This document shows positions 22,601 through 36,152 of a stretch of DNA of 64,000 nt, piece after piece (position 1 is the stretch's first letter; each line of letters starts with the position of its first letter). Made by a program: the position numbers and the translations under genes. The stretch comes from Torpedo marmorata (taxonomy: Eukaryota), in contig OZ360236.1 of assembly GCA_977017645.1 (NCBI GenBank), forward strand, positions 52,452,001 to 52,516,000. The letters run 5' to 3'. The notes beneath the pieces were generated by a model that saw nothing but the letters and a program-made list of their open reading frames with translations, was not told the DNA's origin and did not search any database.

Positions 22601-23639
22601 ATCGAATAAAGCTATTGCAGAGGCTCTAAAGATCAAACTCTTTATGCCTCTTCCATCCCATTCTTCTCTTTATACTTCCTATACATGCATCAAATACACA
22701 GACTGGTTTAACTATTTCACTTAAAGAGACACTGTCACATTAAGATTCGAGGTTGGAGATTTTTCTTTACCTATCCGGATTGTGCACCAGAATGACTATT
22801 CACCTTGGAGGGCAGCACTGCTCTCCACTCTCAACGTAAAGTGTAGCTTGTACAAATGCAGTAATCTCAATATCCCACTTCTTTCCATGTTTTAATAGTT
22901 TTAAATGGAAAGTGTATTGTTTTGAAAATAATAGTTAATAATGGTGAATGCATGTGTGTGCTCAAAACAAACTAGTTGATTAAAGATTATATAAATTTGA
23001 CAAATGGATGCTGAGGGATATGAATGTCAGCCTGCACTGGGCTGGTTAGATTGCAGCACCAATTGACAAAATGGTTCTGGCTTTACTACTTGGGGAAACC
23101 AAGAACAGAACAAAGGGCATGGCTACTGGTATATACTTTGCAGAGTGACGCCACTTTGAAGTAAGTGGGTCAGCCCACTTCCAGAAACTAACCTCTCTGC
23201 TGTTGTTTATACATCATTCTGAGTAAAACAACAAGTGGAACCCTTCATCTACTCACCCTGGTAGTGGTCTTCATTCCCACTCCAGCCTCCTGACCATAAG
23301 CAGAAAATGCTACTAAGATAAATGAGCATAACAGTGTTCTAATATTGCACATTTTATGCTGATTTTATTTAAGGTGATATAGTAGGCTTTTCCATGACCA
23401 CACTCTATAGTTTCAAAATATGTGGTGTCAATCCAACTCCTCTCCAATGCTGTTGCTGCATTCAGCACAACTGGGAAAAAAAACCTGATTTGTGGGTTAA
23501 TGATCCCATTGACACTTATCCGTATGTGAATGCAAAAAATAATATCCCTGGGCTCAACTCCTTTCATTTATCGTTCTAGTTCTTTCGTGCAGCTATCAAG
23601 TGAAGCTCCTGAAGAACATTGTTGAAATGCAATAACTTA

Positions 23640-24450
23640 ATGTCATGGAGCCATAGATCTGCACAGCACATAAATTATCCATGCTGACCATCTATGCTAA
23701 TCCCATTTGCCTGCATTAGGCCCATATACCTCTATTCCTTTATTATCCAAGTAGCGGACCAAATGACTTTTAAATGTTGTAATTGTATCTGCCGTTCCCA
23801 CTTCTGGTGGCTGGTCTTTGCAAGAATCACCCTCTGCATGAAAAACTTGACCCTCACATCTCCTTTATATTTCTGTCCTCTCATCTCAAACTTGTACCAT
23901 CTAATCTTACACTCCCTTATACTGCAAAAAAGACCCTGACGATTTACCCAGTCTATGCCCCTCGTAATCAGATAAATCTCTACAGGTCAGGCAGGAATAA
24001 ACCCAGGCTTCCCAATCTCTCCATTTCAGGTAACATCTTCATGAGTCTCTCCTGCACTCTTTCTGATGCCACTTCATCCTTCTTGTGATGACAAAAACTT
24101 TGCAAAATACTCCAACTGCAGCAAAAACATGATGTCCCATCTCTTACACATGATGTCTCAGCCTCTGAAGGCAAGCATAGCAAAAGCCTTCTTCTTAACC
24201 TTATCCATCAGTAGCACCAGTTTCAGGGAATTATGAACTTGCATCTCAAGGTTTCCCTGTATATCTACACTCCAAAGGTCCCTTCCATTTACTCTAATAT
24301 GTCCTGCTCGTAATTACCATCTCAAAACGTATCACCGCACACTTGTCTGCATCAAATTCCACTTGCCACTGCCTCTGGCCAATTATCTAGCTGATCATTA
24401 TCCCTCTGTATCCTTAGACAACCACCTTTGCTAACTATGAATCCATCAAT
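23640..24450 (-). mobile_element. Old CR1 LINE 3' region
   Basis: Minus strand gives VERVQERLMKMLPEMERLGSLGLF and EFDADKC-type remnants, plus a CR1 tail near 23645. Confidence 0.7.
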
Positions 24451-24466
24451 TTCCACAGTATATTAG

Positions 24467-24471
<5 letters not shown>

Positions 24472-24555
<84 letters not shown>
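24472..24555. repeat. (AC)42 microsatellite
   Basis: Perfect dinucleotide run. Confidence 0.98.
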
Positions 24556-24558
<3 letters not shown>

Positions 24559-24892
24559 TGGTGCTTTATGAAGATCCTTCCAACTCTAAATAACTTTGCG
24601 TGACCTTTACTCTTCATTCTGTTGGAAGGTCACCTTCGCACACTTGATAGCACTTATACCCCTGAATCAGAAGGCCTTCCCTTGGTTTAAGGGCACTTCA
24701 ACTTTGAGCTTAAAATCTTGGCTGCTATTTTAGTCCAGTGCTGAAGGAAATCCATGTGGTCAGAGAATAGGTACTTTTGATTTAAAATATCAAATTGCAC
24801 AACCCAGAGAACAGCACCAGCTCTTCTGGTTCTAGTCAACACCGTCCCTTCAATTGCCATTGCCAAAACACGATTGCTCATCATAAGAGCTG

Positions 24893-25483
24893 ACGAAATA
24901 CATCGGAAACCCTGGCAAATTTTGAAAGATGTGTGGTGGAAAGTGTGCTGACCGGCTGCATCACGGTCTGGTATGGGGACACAAATACCCCTGAGCGTAA
25001 AGCCCTGTAAAAGGTAGTGGACACAGCCCAGGACATCACAGGCAAAACCCTCCCCACTATCGAGAACATCTACGGGAACGCTGCCGTCAGAGAGCAGCAG
25101 CAATCTTCAAGAATCCAGACCACCCAGCACAGACTGTTCTCGTTGCTACCATCAGGAAAGAGGTATAGGTGCCACAAGACTCACACCACCAGGTTCAGGA
25201 ACAGCTGCTACCCCTCCACCATCAGACTCCTCAACAACAAACTCAATCAGGGACTCATTTAAGGACTTTTACTTTTGCACTTTATTGCTTGTTTTCTTTT
25301 TCCTCTCTGTATTGCAGTCAGTTGTTTACATTTCTTTATTTGTTTACATGTGTACATTGTGTACAGTTTTTTTTTGTACTACCAAGAAGTGGTAATTCTG
25401 CCTGGCCCGCAGGAAAAAGAATCTCAGGGTTGTATGTAATGTCATGTATGTACTCTGACAATAAATCTGAAATCTGAATCTAA
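24893..25483 (+). mobile_element. Rex1/Babar LINE (family A) 3' end with tail
   Basis: CVVESVLTGCITVWYG, LFSLLPSGKRYR..TTRFRNSCYPSTIRLLN; tail TGACAATAAATCTGAAATCTGAATCT. Confidence 0.9.
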
Positions 25484-25539
25484 TCACACTAGTTAGATAA
25501 ATTCTGCAGAGCAGATGGGCCAAATGGCCCGTGTTTACC

Positions 25540-26732
25540 AAGCAGGTCCTCCTACCTCTCCATTTCAGCAGATTCTTCTACATCTTTATCAACTTTGCTG
25601 CCAACTTCCGCCCTATCCTCAAATTCACTTGCTCCATCTCTGGTAACTCTCTCTTGATCTCTGTTTCCGTTTCGGGATTCTATTCCTTTCTCTCAATTTC
25701 TTATCTGCTCGCAGGATGAGGCTTTCCATTCCAGGATATCTAAGATGTCTTCCTTCACTAAACTTGGCTTTCCCTCTACTGCTATTAACACAGCCTTCAC
25801 CCACACATTTGTCCTGTCCCCTCCACCCCTGAGATGCAACAAGGACAGGGTTCCCCTCGTCAGCACCTACAACCCCCCCAGCCTCCGCATCCAACCTGTT
25901 ATTCTGCGCAATTTTGAGCCACCTACAACAGATCCCACCACTAGACACATCTTCCCTTCCCCTCCCCACTTTCCGTAGGGACCGCTCTCTCTGCGGCTTC
26001 CTCGTCCACTCTTCCCACCAATCACCCCCCGGTACCAAAGGAAGTGTTACACCTCCAACCTCACCACTATTCAGGGTCCCAAAAAGTCCTTTCAAGTGAA
26101 GCAATGCTTCATTTGTGAATCTTTAGTTTTTTTTTACTGTATTCGATGCTCCCGAGACTGCTTCCCCTACATCGGGGAGATTAGACGCAGACTGGGGGAT
26201 CATTTTATTGAGCACATTGGCTCTGTCCACTGCAATAATACTTACCTCCCAGTAGCCCACCACTTCAATTCTACACCCCACTGCCACACTGACATGTCTG
26301 TTGAAGGCCACCCACAAATTGGAGAAACAATGCCTGATATTCCGTCTCAGCACTCTCCAACCAGACGGCAGCAATATTGACCTCCAATTTCTGTTCAAAC
26401 CCTCCCCTGGTCTCTCGCTTTCCACCATCCCTCTGTACCCTTCCTCCAGCTCCCCACCCTCTTCTCTTCCTTCAATCAGAGAGCTTTGTTTCTTTGCCCT
26501 CTTCCCCCACACTTTTCAGCTTTCTCTTCTATCCTCCTACCTGCACCCACCTCTTACAATGTAGGCCTGTGTCCCCTCCCTTCCCTCCCTCCCTCCTCCC
26601 CCACCTTTTTATTCAGGCATCTGCCTATTGTTTGGCCCTTCAAAAGAAGGGCTCAGGCCCAAAGCTCGGACTACCTATTACTTTCTATGGATGCTGTGTG
26701 ATCTGCTGAGTTTATCCAGTGCTTTTGTGTAC
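25540..26732 (+). mobile_element. Penelope-like retroelement, degenerate (RT C-terminus, GIY-YIG, terminal repeat)
   Basis: NKDRVPLVSTYNP, DPTTRHIFPS, YCIRCSRDCFPYIGE.RRRLGDHFIEH (GIY-YIG), KLEKQCLIFRLSTLQPDG; decayed hammerhead region at ~26640. Confidence 0.85.
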
Positions 26733-29700
26733 TCCTTCCACCTCATATGCTTGATACGCATTTCCTAAAATGCATTTTGCTATTTTGTCTCAATTGCACC
26801 TCATAGCAGCACATACCACATGCCATGCACTCTGAGTTAAGGCATTTCTCCTGAACCCTTCTATGAATTTATTTGTCATTTTACAACATCTTAATTTCAA
26901 AGAATATTCTCAGCAACAGTAAAATGCTACGTCAACTGGTCTATTCTAATTTTCTGATCCATGTTAATAAGGATTCTTAAATAACATTAAAATTGAGTCT
27001 TTGTTTCTCCACAAACTAAAAATTTTATGCACTACTGGCTGCAGAAAGCTTGCTCGCTCTCAGCTCTGTATTGGTGGCACAAGCCAGAGACGATGTGGCT
27101 GTTGGGAGGAATAATTTGTTGTGTGAATTAAAATGCAATACTGGCATGGGGATGATTTGCACAATGTGGACAACCCTCCACCCACCCCCTACAATCAAAT
27201 CCTCCTCTGAATTTATTACGTTAAAAAATGTCATGGCAGAAGTGAAAATAATAAGCATGGATCTCTGAATCATGGAGCAGAGAGATGAACATTTTTCCAA
27301 GTACATCCATAATATTTTCATTTGTGGTAGGTTATTGTGGTCCGCATATTGTTCAGAGCCCCATCAAGAGGCAGGGAAAGGAGAGACGGAGAAGAGGGTG
27401 TTGACAGATAGAGGGAGAAAAAGTTTCCTCAATAATTAAAATATTTAAAAATATATTTTTTACATTTCATTACGTTGAATAGAAACGATCAGTACCGTTG
27501 ATTGGAGAAATGGTTTATAACCTAACTGAGGCTGACAGCCCTAAATTAACACACATGGTTAAAATGACATGATGGCCAAAGACCTCCCAGGTTAACAACT
27601 GTACCTCTGCTGATGTTAATTCAGTTTCCTTAAACAGAGTGGCTCAGTAAATCTTCCTGGCTAGCAGTCCTTACACAATTTTTCATTGTCCAAATAAGTA
27701 AAAATAGACAAAACTCTTACATTTGTTCAATGTTAATTGCAATTTCGTATGACTGATTTGAAAATAGAGGTAATGAAAAAATAGCATTCCTTTTTTCAAC
27801 AAACCTAATAATTCCATCTGATCCCCTTATAAAGTTTGACTTCCTCTCAAAAATATTTATCTTCCATTTTCATTTTGCTCATGTAAGATTTTTTTGAGAG
27901 TTTTTTTTAAAATCAAAGTCTTGTACTTTTGTGAAGAATCTGTGTTGGAAGTTGAAAATTATATAGGAAAGAAAATGTTTTTTATATACTTTGCAAAAAT
28001 CAATGTGACTTCTATGTTAAAGGAAAGTGTAAACTGAGTATTCTTTAAACCCATTCATTTCACATTTCTTGCAGGCTAATAAAAGGACACTGATCTCAAC
28101 AAATGTTTATTTTTAATGTCTACGCTTTACCGAAGGTTATTAGATTCTGAAACTGAGAGGTCCTAATCCTGCTGAATTATATTTCACAGAACCCCAAAAT
28201 GCAGCTTATGAAAAACACAGAACACAGCACGTAAGTGTGATTTGATAAATAGATCTGTTCTATCAATGCACACATACAACTGCATTTACCAGTCCTGGTA
28301 TTGATCAAACTGCAAAAATACCTTTGGAAAATAGAAGATGCAATAACCATTGATTTTTTTTAAACATGAGTCAGAGAAATTATAACAATAAAACTAATCT
28401 GTATTATATGTGTACTAGGCTCCAAAAAGGTCAGTGAAGCATCAATTAAACAAACTATTACATATTGCCTCTGTCGTATTTAATATTACAAGGCACCTCC
28501 CATGCTAATCAGCAAATCCAGGTCTTGTAACTATAAATTACACAAATATACTCGTAACAAAGGCAATCTAGTTAATAGGAAATCTGTGGTCTTCAATTAT
28601 TGTATTTGAAAGAGCCAGAAAAGCAGAAATGTTAACAAAGACAGTTGCTACACAAATTAATCAAATGGATAGTGTCCATGGGTAAGGCAAAGATCCACAA
28701 CAATAGCTTCTGGATCTGGTTAGGTGCTGAGACAACACACTGTGGCATTTTTTACTTTAGCCCAGGAGGTCATTTGTGCTGACAGCACTCTCTAAGCCAA
28801 GACATAGGTGTTCCTCTATTTTTAATGATTATGATAAAGAAACTGTGAAGAATTTCAATAAAATATACCATTGAAGATCTCACCATTCTGTGACTTTATG
28901 GTACATTTAGACCTGTACCAATGCAGTTTTGTAAAGTCTTTATTCCTTTAAAATTGAGTACCATCGGTTTCGGGTAGTATTGAGGTTCTGCACGCCTCTA
29001 GTACATTGAAAATATGACTTAATATCTATGTATTACCATAACTACATACAGTTAAATTAAATTAAGTAAATAAGATTGTATCAATCCATATTTTGCATTT
29101 CTACAAGATTGATTTAACTGTAATTAATGGTGGCCTACAGTTAACTTCAAAATTACCAACAACAATGCACAACACTGACAAGGCAATTTTTTAATTGTCA
29201 TGGGAAAATAACTCCTGCCTTCAAGCAAAAATCTGACCTCCTGTCCGAGGATTTTCACTTCATGGGAATTTAAAATAAAATTAAATCAATTTAAAGTTAC
29301 CAATAGAAAATACAGCAAATTCCAGATCATGGGAATATTTTTCACTGCCCACATTTCAGAACTGGCTAAAAATTGCATGTTTTTGTTGCCAAGTTAAGGT
29401 GTCTCCCCATTTATTTCAGTCGGACTAGAGTTTGTAATTTTAAGCTCTCTCTCAGCCCTGTTCTCTTTCACTCTGCGTCTGCTGCTCTGCTTCTACAGTG
29501 TGTTCTTGTCAAAACTCTGTTGTTCCCTGACTACTTAATTGATTTGAATTGTGCCTTCCTGCATTACTAATAGTAGAGCACACTAGACCTACCAATTCGA
29601 TTAGAAAGGAGAAAATGAAATAACTACAAAATAAGAGAACAGCTGAGAAGTTAAAACCAAGAAAATAAGAACTATCTGTCAGCAATAAGTCAAATAAGTT

Positions 29701-30566
29701 GTTTAATACCAAACCAAAGTCTGTTGAATCTGTGAGCTTGGGTAATTACAGCAGCATTCAATTTACTCTGGTTTTTACATCTATGATGTTCGAAGAAACT
29801 GCATTGTTTTATGATCGAAATATTAAATTTGTAATAAATATTACTACAATTGTTCCCACACAAACACTTCTGTGATATCTGTAGTGGAATTTGTGTTCTA
29901 TATAAGATTTAAACTGGCCTTTCTGTTGCCAGGAAATCCTGGATGCTAATGTCAATCAAATACAAGATTTTAACCATGGGTGCCCACTGACCTTCTTAAG
30001 CAGAGACAAAAGAATAAAATGAACCAGAATGTGTTGTAAAACCAAACAGCAGTCCTTCCACACCAGTGAAGAATGTTATATCAAGGGACGTGCACACAGA
30101 AGCAGGTTGAAGAGGCTGCTGCTTGTCGAGCAGCTGAAATTTCCTTGACATTTGCAACTCCTTGCATCGTTCAGTATGTGCGGAGTTTCTTGCCTGTGCA
30201 GAACCCAGCAAATTTCCACAGAATCGGCTCTATTTTACACTGATATCCCATCTTTTAAATGAAAAATATATTTTAACTTCAAGGAGAATAAAATTCAACA
30301 TGATGCCAATGTGAAAGACTGAATTATTTAGGATATATTAATAATTGAAATAGCATTTGCACTGCAGATTAAAAAAATAATGCTAGCAAAAGCACATAAA
30401 TTGCAGGGTTCCTACTTTGTCTGTATTACTACAGGATGGGTTGTGTGGAATTTAGCAGTGGCTTAAATCAGTACACTTGTTTACTTATTTAACCCGATTA
30501 ATATTGATTTCATATTTATGATTAGAACACCTGACTTTTCACAAACAGCACTTCAATTTTTCTTAC

Positions 30567-30625
30567 CTTGAAAAACAAGTACTTTTAATTTGCAGTTAAC
30601 GGTGGCCAGTGAATGATTAGAATAT
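30567..30625 (-). other. Candidate 59-nt internal exon
   Basis: Acceptor CTTTTCCTTCCTCTTTAG| and donor AAG|GTAAGA on the minus strand; one frame open (YSNHSLATVNCKLKVLVFQ); lies in a conserved-looking block. Confidence 0.35.
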
Positions 30626-33017
30626 CTAAAGAGGAAGGAAAAGCAGCAAATGGACAGAGCACTGGCACCGGAAAGAGGACGCGGATTTGAGGGCAGCAAG
30701 GTATGAGGACTCCCAAAGTGATTCATCAATCTGTTTTCGGTGATTATTTGCTGCTTGAAAACAAAAAAAAAATGAGCAAGATGAAACTCCGGAGATGAAT
30801 GGCTGAAATTGTGCTGCCCGATTCCAGTAACAAACGTGCTAGCAGTTGCAGAGTGAAATTCCTCTGCTGCTTTAACTAAGCTGCCAAGCCGTTTAAATAA
30901 ACAAACTCGTTTAAAATAAATGGATTAGACTTTGTAAAAACAGCAAAGAGACGATTTTCATTTGAAAACGGTCAGGACACACAGAATAAAAAAACCAAAA
31001 TCTGAAAACATTAAATATAAACAGCCGCAACTGGGAGTTTTAATGAAAGATGATATTCAAAATGGGATGGTGACTAGCCCTTCCTGCATCTCCTTTTATA
31101 TAAAAGAATAAAGATTTTCAAATGATGGCATTTAATGATATTAAAGATAAAAGAAAAGATTGCCAAAACAAGAAATTAAGGAAAAATTTAAGCAAAAGAT
31201 CGAATTAAAAATAAGGAAAAAGGTAAAAGAAAATGATAAAATATAATAAAAAGTGATGAAGGTCAACAAAAAAGAGAAACGGTGTGGAAAACAATCCACC
31301 TGCAAGGAATATTGAAATATAAAAGAAAAAGAGAAGAATGAACAGTCGGTGTAGGCGATTAGAAAATCTCTTCAGTCTTTCAGATTTCAATGCAATCTCT
31401 ATTGAGAACAGCCATTGAGAATTTATCTGCTCTCAACAGCTGTTCTCAGTGCTGGTACTGAAAGAGGTATAGATTCTGGCACCTCATCGGTAAGAATCAC
31501 TTAGCCTTCTAACTGATGCCATGGATGTCAAGCCTGGAAATCTTTATACTGGAATCAAATCTTTGCATTGTAATCAAACCTTAATGACATCGCACCAATC
31601 GAAAACTAAACTGTTCAAAGTGACAAAGTGCCAGAACCCTATAAAACCCCAGTGTTGCACACCCTGGGTGAACGCAGCCCACACCTGAACTTGACTCAAA
31701 GCAGTCATTTGTCAGCGACTTCCCATGGTTGGGCACTGACTTTTAACTATAACGACTGCGGACAGAACGGACCTGGGAATATTTAAATAGCATTGTGTGT
31801 GAAAGGCTGTTTCCCACCACAATGAGCAGAAAATTATATCATTACTGCATCTCATAAATATTGGAAACTGAGGGCTAAAAAGGTATGCTGCATAGATTTG
31901 AATTTTGATAACTCTGAATTACAGTAGGTCACTAAAAATATTACTGTCTCTTTAACTGATGGGGCTTGGGATTACACTGTACTGAATACATTTTTCCACT
32001 ACATCACACTCTGTCCCAGTGCACATAAGATAGTTTATTGCTCTCCATGATTCATAACCCATTTCTCACATGGGAACATTACAAGGTTCAAATTATATAA
32101 AACCTCTCAGTGTTGATAAAGAGCAGGGATATGAAACATTGTAAATCAAGGCCATTGATTGGGCTTCCTGCCTGCTGGAGATATTCTCCTTCTCTGTTCT
32201 AGAAATTAATGTTTGATTGAAACACCATTTCACTGGACACTAGGAGCTCTGGGGAAGGAATATGACTGGATTGTTAGGGTGGCTTTTGCTAACGAGTTTT
32301 TTGAGTAACCCCCTACTGAGGCCTAAATGTCTGTGATATCCATAAACAACTCTATTCTGTCCAATTAAGGAGACAGAGATGTACCTTCCTGTCAGAGAGA
32401 TTTGCATGGATAAGCATGTGAGATCATAAGGATAGTGAGGGATTGTTCCACGTCTATGAGGGATGCGTAGAATGGATGACTTCCATTACAGGCCCCTTAC
32501 ACTTTCCCAATTACTGCCAGCATTTCATTAATTACTAATAGCTTTCCCTGATGTAATCATCTGTGTTTAGCCAATCAGCAACTTCTCTCTTCTTGCTGAA
32601 ACCATTAAAGCTGGATGACTAAATCTATTTGCTAAGGGCTCACTCACCCCTCCTGAGTCAAAGATGATGAAACCATTCATGATTTAAAGGGTGCATGTGG
32701 TTGGACTGTAAACAAGCCCTGAGTTGATGGTATCAGGGTTGAAATCTCTGTAACATTAAAGGAGATTTTGCAATCTTTATCCAAAAGCTCTTGCATGCAA
32801 AGAGTAGATTTTTAGGGCTCAAATTCACTGCAGTAAGAATGAGTCTTGAGTAGATTTTAGCCACCATCTCATACTGCGCTGATGTCTCAAGGAAACGGTT
32901 GGTGTTTCTTGGGTCTTTTACCACATTCATATTTCCTCTCCAACAGATGGTATGCTTACTTTAACTTTAACCCTTTAACTCTTTATGAGCTGAATGATTA
33001 TTTCTAATTTTCCAGAA

Positions 33018-33340
33018 GACCATAAGACATAGGAGCAGATTGAGCCCATTGAGTCTGCTCCGCATTCAAATCACGGTTTATGTATTTTTCCCCTCAACCC
33101 CATTCTCCTGCCTTCTCTCCATATTCTTTGACACCTTTACTAATCAAGAACCTATCAACCTCCGCTTTAAATATACCCAGTGACTTGGCGACAAAATCTG
33201 TGGCAACGAATTCTATAGATTCACCACACTCTGAAGAAATTCCTCCTCATCTCTGTTCCAAAGGGATGTCCTTTTATGCTGAGGCTGTGCCCTCTGGTCC
33301 TAGACTTTCACACTACTGGAAACATCTCTATCAAGCCCTT
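33018..33340 (-). mobile_element. CR1 LINE 3' end
   Basis: Reverse complement of a CR1 3' end (GACCATAAGACATAGGAGCAG...AAGAAATTCCTCCTCATCTC). Confidence 0.8.
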
Positions 33341-33654
33341 TCAAAATCCTTTCTTTCACAGATCACTGTTGTCCTTTGGATTTGTCATCCTCCCATGTTC
33401 AGTCTGCCAGCTCCCCTTCCTTTCTCTGCTTTCTCTGGGGGAGGAGGCAGCTAGGCCACAGAACACCACTGCTAGTCCTGCTCAACTGTCCTCCAGAGTG
33501 ACATGAACACTCTATCATAATGGCCTTCCTGATTCTCCCACTGTGATAAAACTTAGGAAGACACCCTGTGCACTTCTGCAAACAAAGTAAAAAAGGGTTG
33601 CCAATGAAAGAAGGGCGATGAACAGCTTCTTTTTAAATACAATGGAGTTTAAAT

Positions 33655-33906
33655 TATTTTTTAAAATTTAGACATACAGTACGGTAACAGGCCCTTTCGG
33701 CCCACGAGGCCATGCCGCCCAATTACACCCAATTGACCTACAACCCCCATTATGTTTTGAACGGTGGAATGAAACTGGAGCACCCGGAGGAAAGCCACGC
33801 AGACATGGGAAGAACATATAAACTCCTTCCAGAAAGCGCTGGATTCGAACCCCGGTCGTTGGCGTTGTAACAGCATTGCGCTAACCGCTACGCTAACCTT
33901 GCTGCC
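33655..33906 (-). mobile_element. tRNA-derived V-SINE (HE1-like)
   Basis: A/B-box tRNA-like head, V-domain AGGAGTTT.TA.GTTCT.CCC.TGTCTGCGTGG, CR1-like tail. Confidence 0.9.
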
Positions 33907-34342
33907 TGTTCTAATGATCTGCTGCCCAAATTGGGGTGGTAGAAGCAGATTCAACAATAACTTTCAACAGGGAATTACATAATTTCAGGAACACAGAGAA
34001 AGGATAGAGGGGTGGGAATAATTGAAAGTTACTTTCAATGAGAGTTACGATGGACCAAATGGTTCCTTTTACCCTATGTGATTCTCTGATACATTTTTAA
34101 AATCAGGCTACCATCATTTAAAAACGAAACTACATACAGCAGCTCAGTAGTAGAGAAGGCAGATTAGATACCGCATTCCATCAGTGTAGTGAGAAGCTCA
34201 TCACTTGATTGAACACTTGCTGCTGACGTGGTTTAATGCTAGAATTTAGCATTTTAGATCCTGTTGTTTGATACCATTTTAATCACACTTTTCACTTGGC
34301 CCTAAACTGTAGAGAAAACTTGAAACCTCTTATTTCACTGTA

Positions 34343-35101
34343 AAATAGATTGGCAGACTATTATTTAGAGGGGGAGAAAATTCAAAATTCCGAGTTGCAA
34401 AGGGACTTGGGAGTCCTCGTGCAGGATACCCTAAAGGTTAACCTCCAGGTTGAGTCAGTGGTGAAGAAGGCGAATGCAATGTTGCCATTCATTTCTAGAG
34501 GGATAGCATACAAGAGCAGGGATGTAATGTTGAGACTCTATAAAGCACTGGTGAGTCCTCACTTGGAGTACTGTGTACAGTTTTAGGCGCCGTATTTGAG
34601 AAAATATGTGCTGGCGTTGCAGAGGGTTCAGAGAAGATTTACTAGAATGATAGCAGGAATGAAAGGGTTAGTATATGAGGAACATAATCGTTGGAGTACA
34701 GAAGGATGATGGGGGACTTCATGGAGGCATTTCCAATGCTAAAAGGCCTGGACAGAGTGGATGTGGCAAGGATATTTCCAATCATAGGGGATTCTAGGAC
34801 AAGAGGGCATAATTTCAGGATAAAAGGGTGTAAATTTAAAACATAGATGCAGAAAAGTTTCTTTAGTCAGAGGGGCATGAGTCTGTGGAACGTTGCCACA
34901 GGCAGCTGTGGAAGCGAGGTCGTTGGGTGTATTTAAGGCAGAGATTGACAGGTATTTGATTATTCAGGGCATCAAGGGTTATGGAGAGAAAGCCGGGGAG
35001 TGGGGCTGAGTGGGAGGATGGATCAGCTCATGATTAGAATGGCGGTGCAGACACCATGGGCCAATGGGCCTACTTCTGCTCCTATATCTTGTGATCTTGT
35101 A
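34343..35101 (+). mobile_element. CR1 LINE 3' portion with tail
   Basis: QRDLGVLV..LKVNLQVESVVKKANAML.FISRGI.YKSRDVMLRLYKALVSPHLEYCVQF; ends in ATCTTGTG repeats. Confidence 0.92.
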
Positions 35102-35172
35102 ATTAAGCAACCAAATAATTTTTCATTGTTTAATTACTGAGATCAATTGTCAAAATTGAGAGGACTTATATA

Positions 35173-35422
35173 TTTTTTTGACATACAGCACGGTAACAGG
35201 CCATTTCGGCCTATGAGTCCGTGCTGTCCAATTTACACCCAATTAACCTACACCCCCGGTACGTTTCGAACAGTGGGAGGAAACCGGAGCCCCCGGGGAA
35301 AACCCACGCAGACACAGGGAGAATGTACAAACTCCTTACAGACAGTGCAGAATTCGAACCCCGGTCCCGATCGCTGGTGCTGCAAAGGTGTTGCGCTAAC
35401 CGCTATGCCAACCGTGCCACCC
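35173..35422 (-). mobile_element. tRNA-derived V-SINE (HE1-like)
   Basis: Same family as 56019-56278, reverse orientation. Confidence 0.9.
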
Positions 35423-36152
35423 TTTGCAAATCCATGCAGAAGCAGAGGAAAATGCTTCATGTATGTTTGACCAATTTTTAAAACTGGAAAAGAAAGTAGA
35501 AGAATATTGTCTCAACAAAATGTTGATAAATATGGATGGCTTCTAGATGGATATGAGTCCTTAATCCATTTTTGTGTTATCGGATCGGACAATTTTCTTC
35601 AGAAAGTAAGCAACAATCTTTTCATCTTTCCTCTTTGAACATACCCACTTTGGTCTTATCTCAACACTATAAAACTGGTATCACTATCTGGATAAAGTTG
35701 GAAGCCTTTTTCTTCAACTTGAAAAATGAACATGACCAAAACTGTAAGGAGGAGGAGCTGGCAGGTAGCGCGAGAGACAGTAAATTAAAGTAACATTTTA
35801 ATTGATTCTGGCTCATGTATAAACAGAAATTTAAAAATAAAATTCAGGGAACTAATGATTACAAGCCACCACTATTAAAAATATTGTTATAGAACCTTCT
35901 GGAAACTTTTCAAAGGACAACTCAAATCAGATGAGAGAAGTACCCAGATACCTGGAAATGTCAAGGTAAACTGAAAAATAAAACAATTTTAAAGCCTCTT
36001 AAAAAAAAAAGAGTGATAGCAAAGTATAGTTGGAAATATAATTGTAAATGTCAATGAATTAAAATTATATATTTTCATTCTAATTCAGGGATAATTAATT
36101 TGATCTCTCTTTTCCCTGCATTGCACAATCTTGGTATCCTTGTAGTAGTAAA

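Noticed and set aside
31100-31345. A-rich tract giving a Phe-rich membrane-like ORF (31205-31390)
   Set aside because: Low-complexity composition only.
9000-33000. Numerous 60-115 aa ORFs in the unique region
   Set aside because: No domain motifs, many non-ATG starts, and lengths expected by chance.
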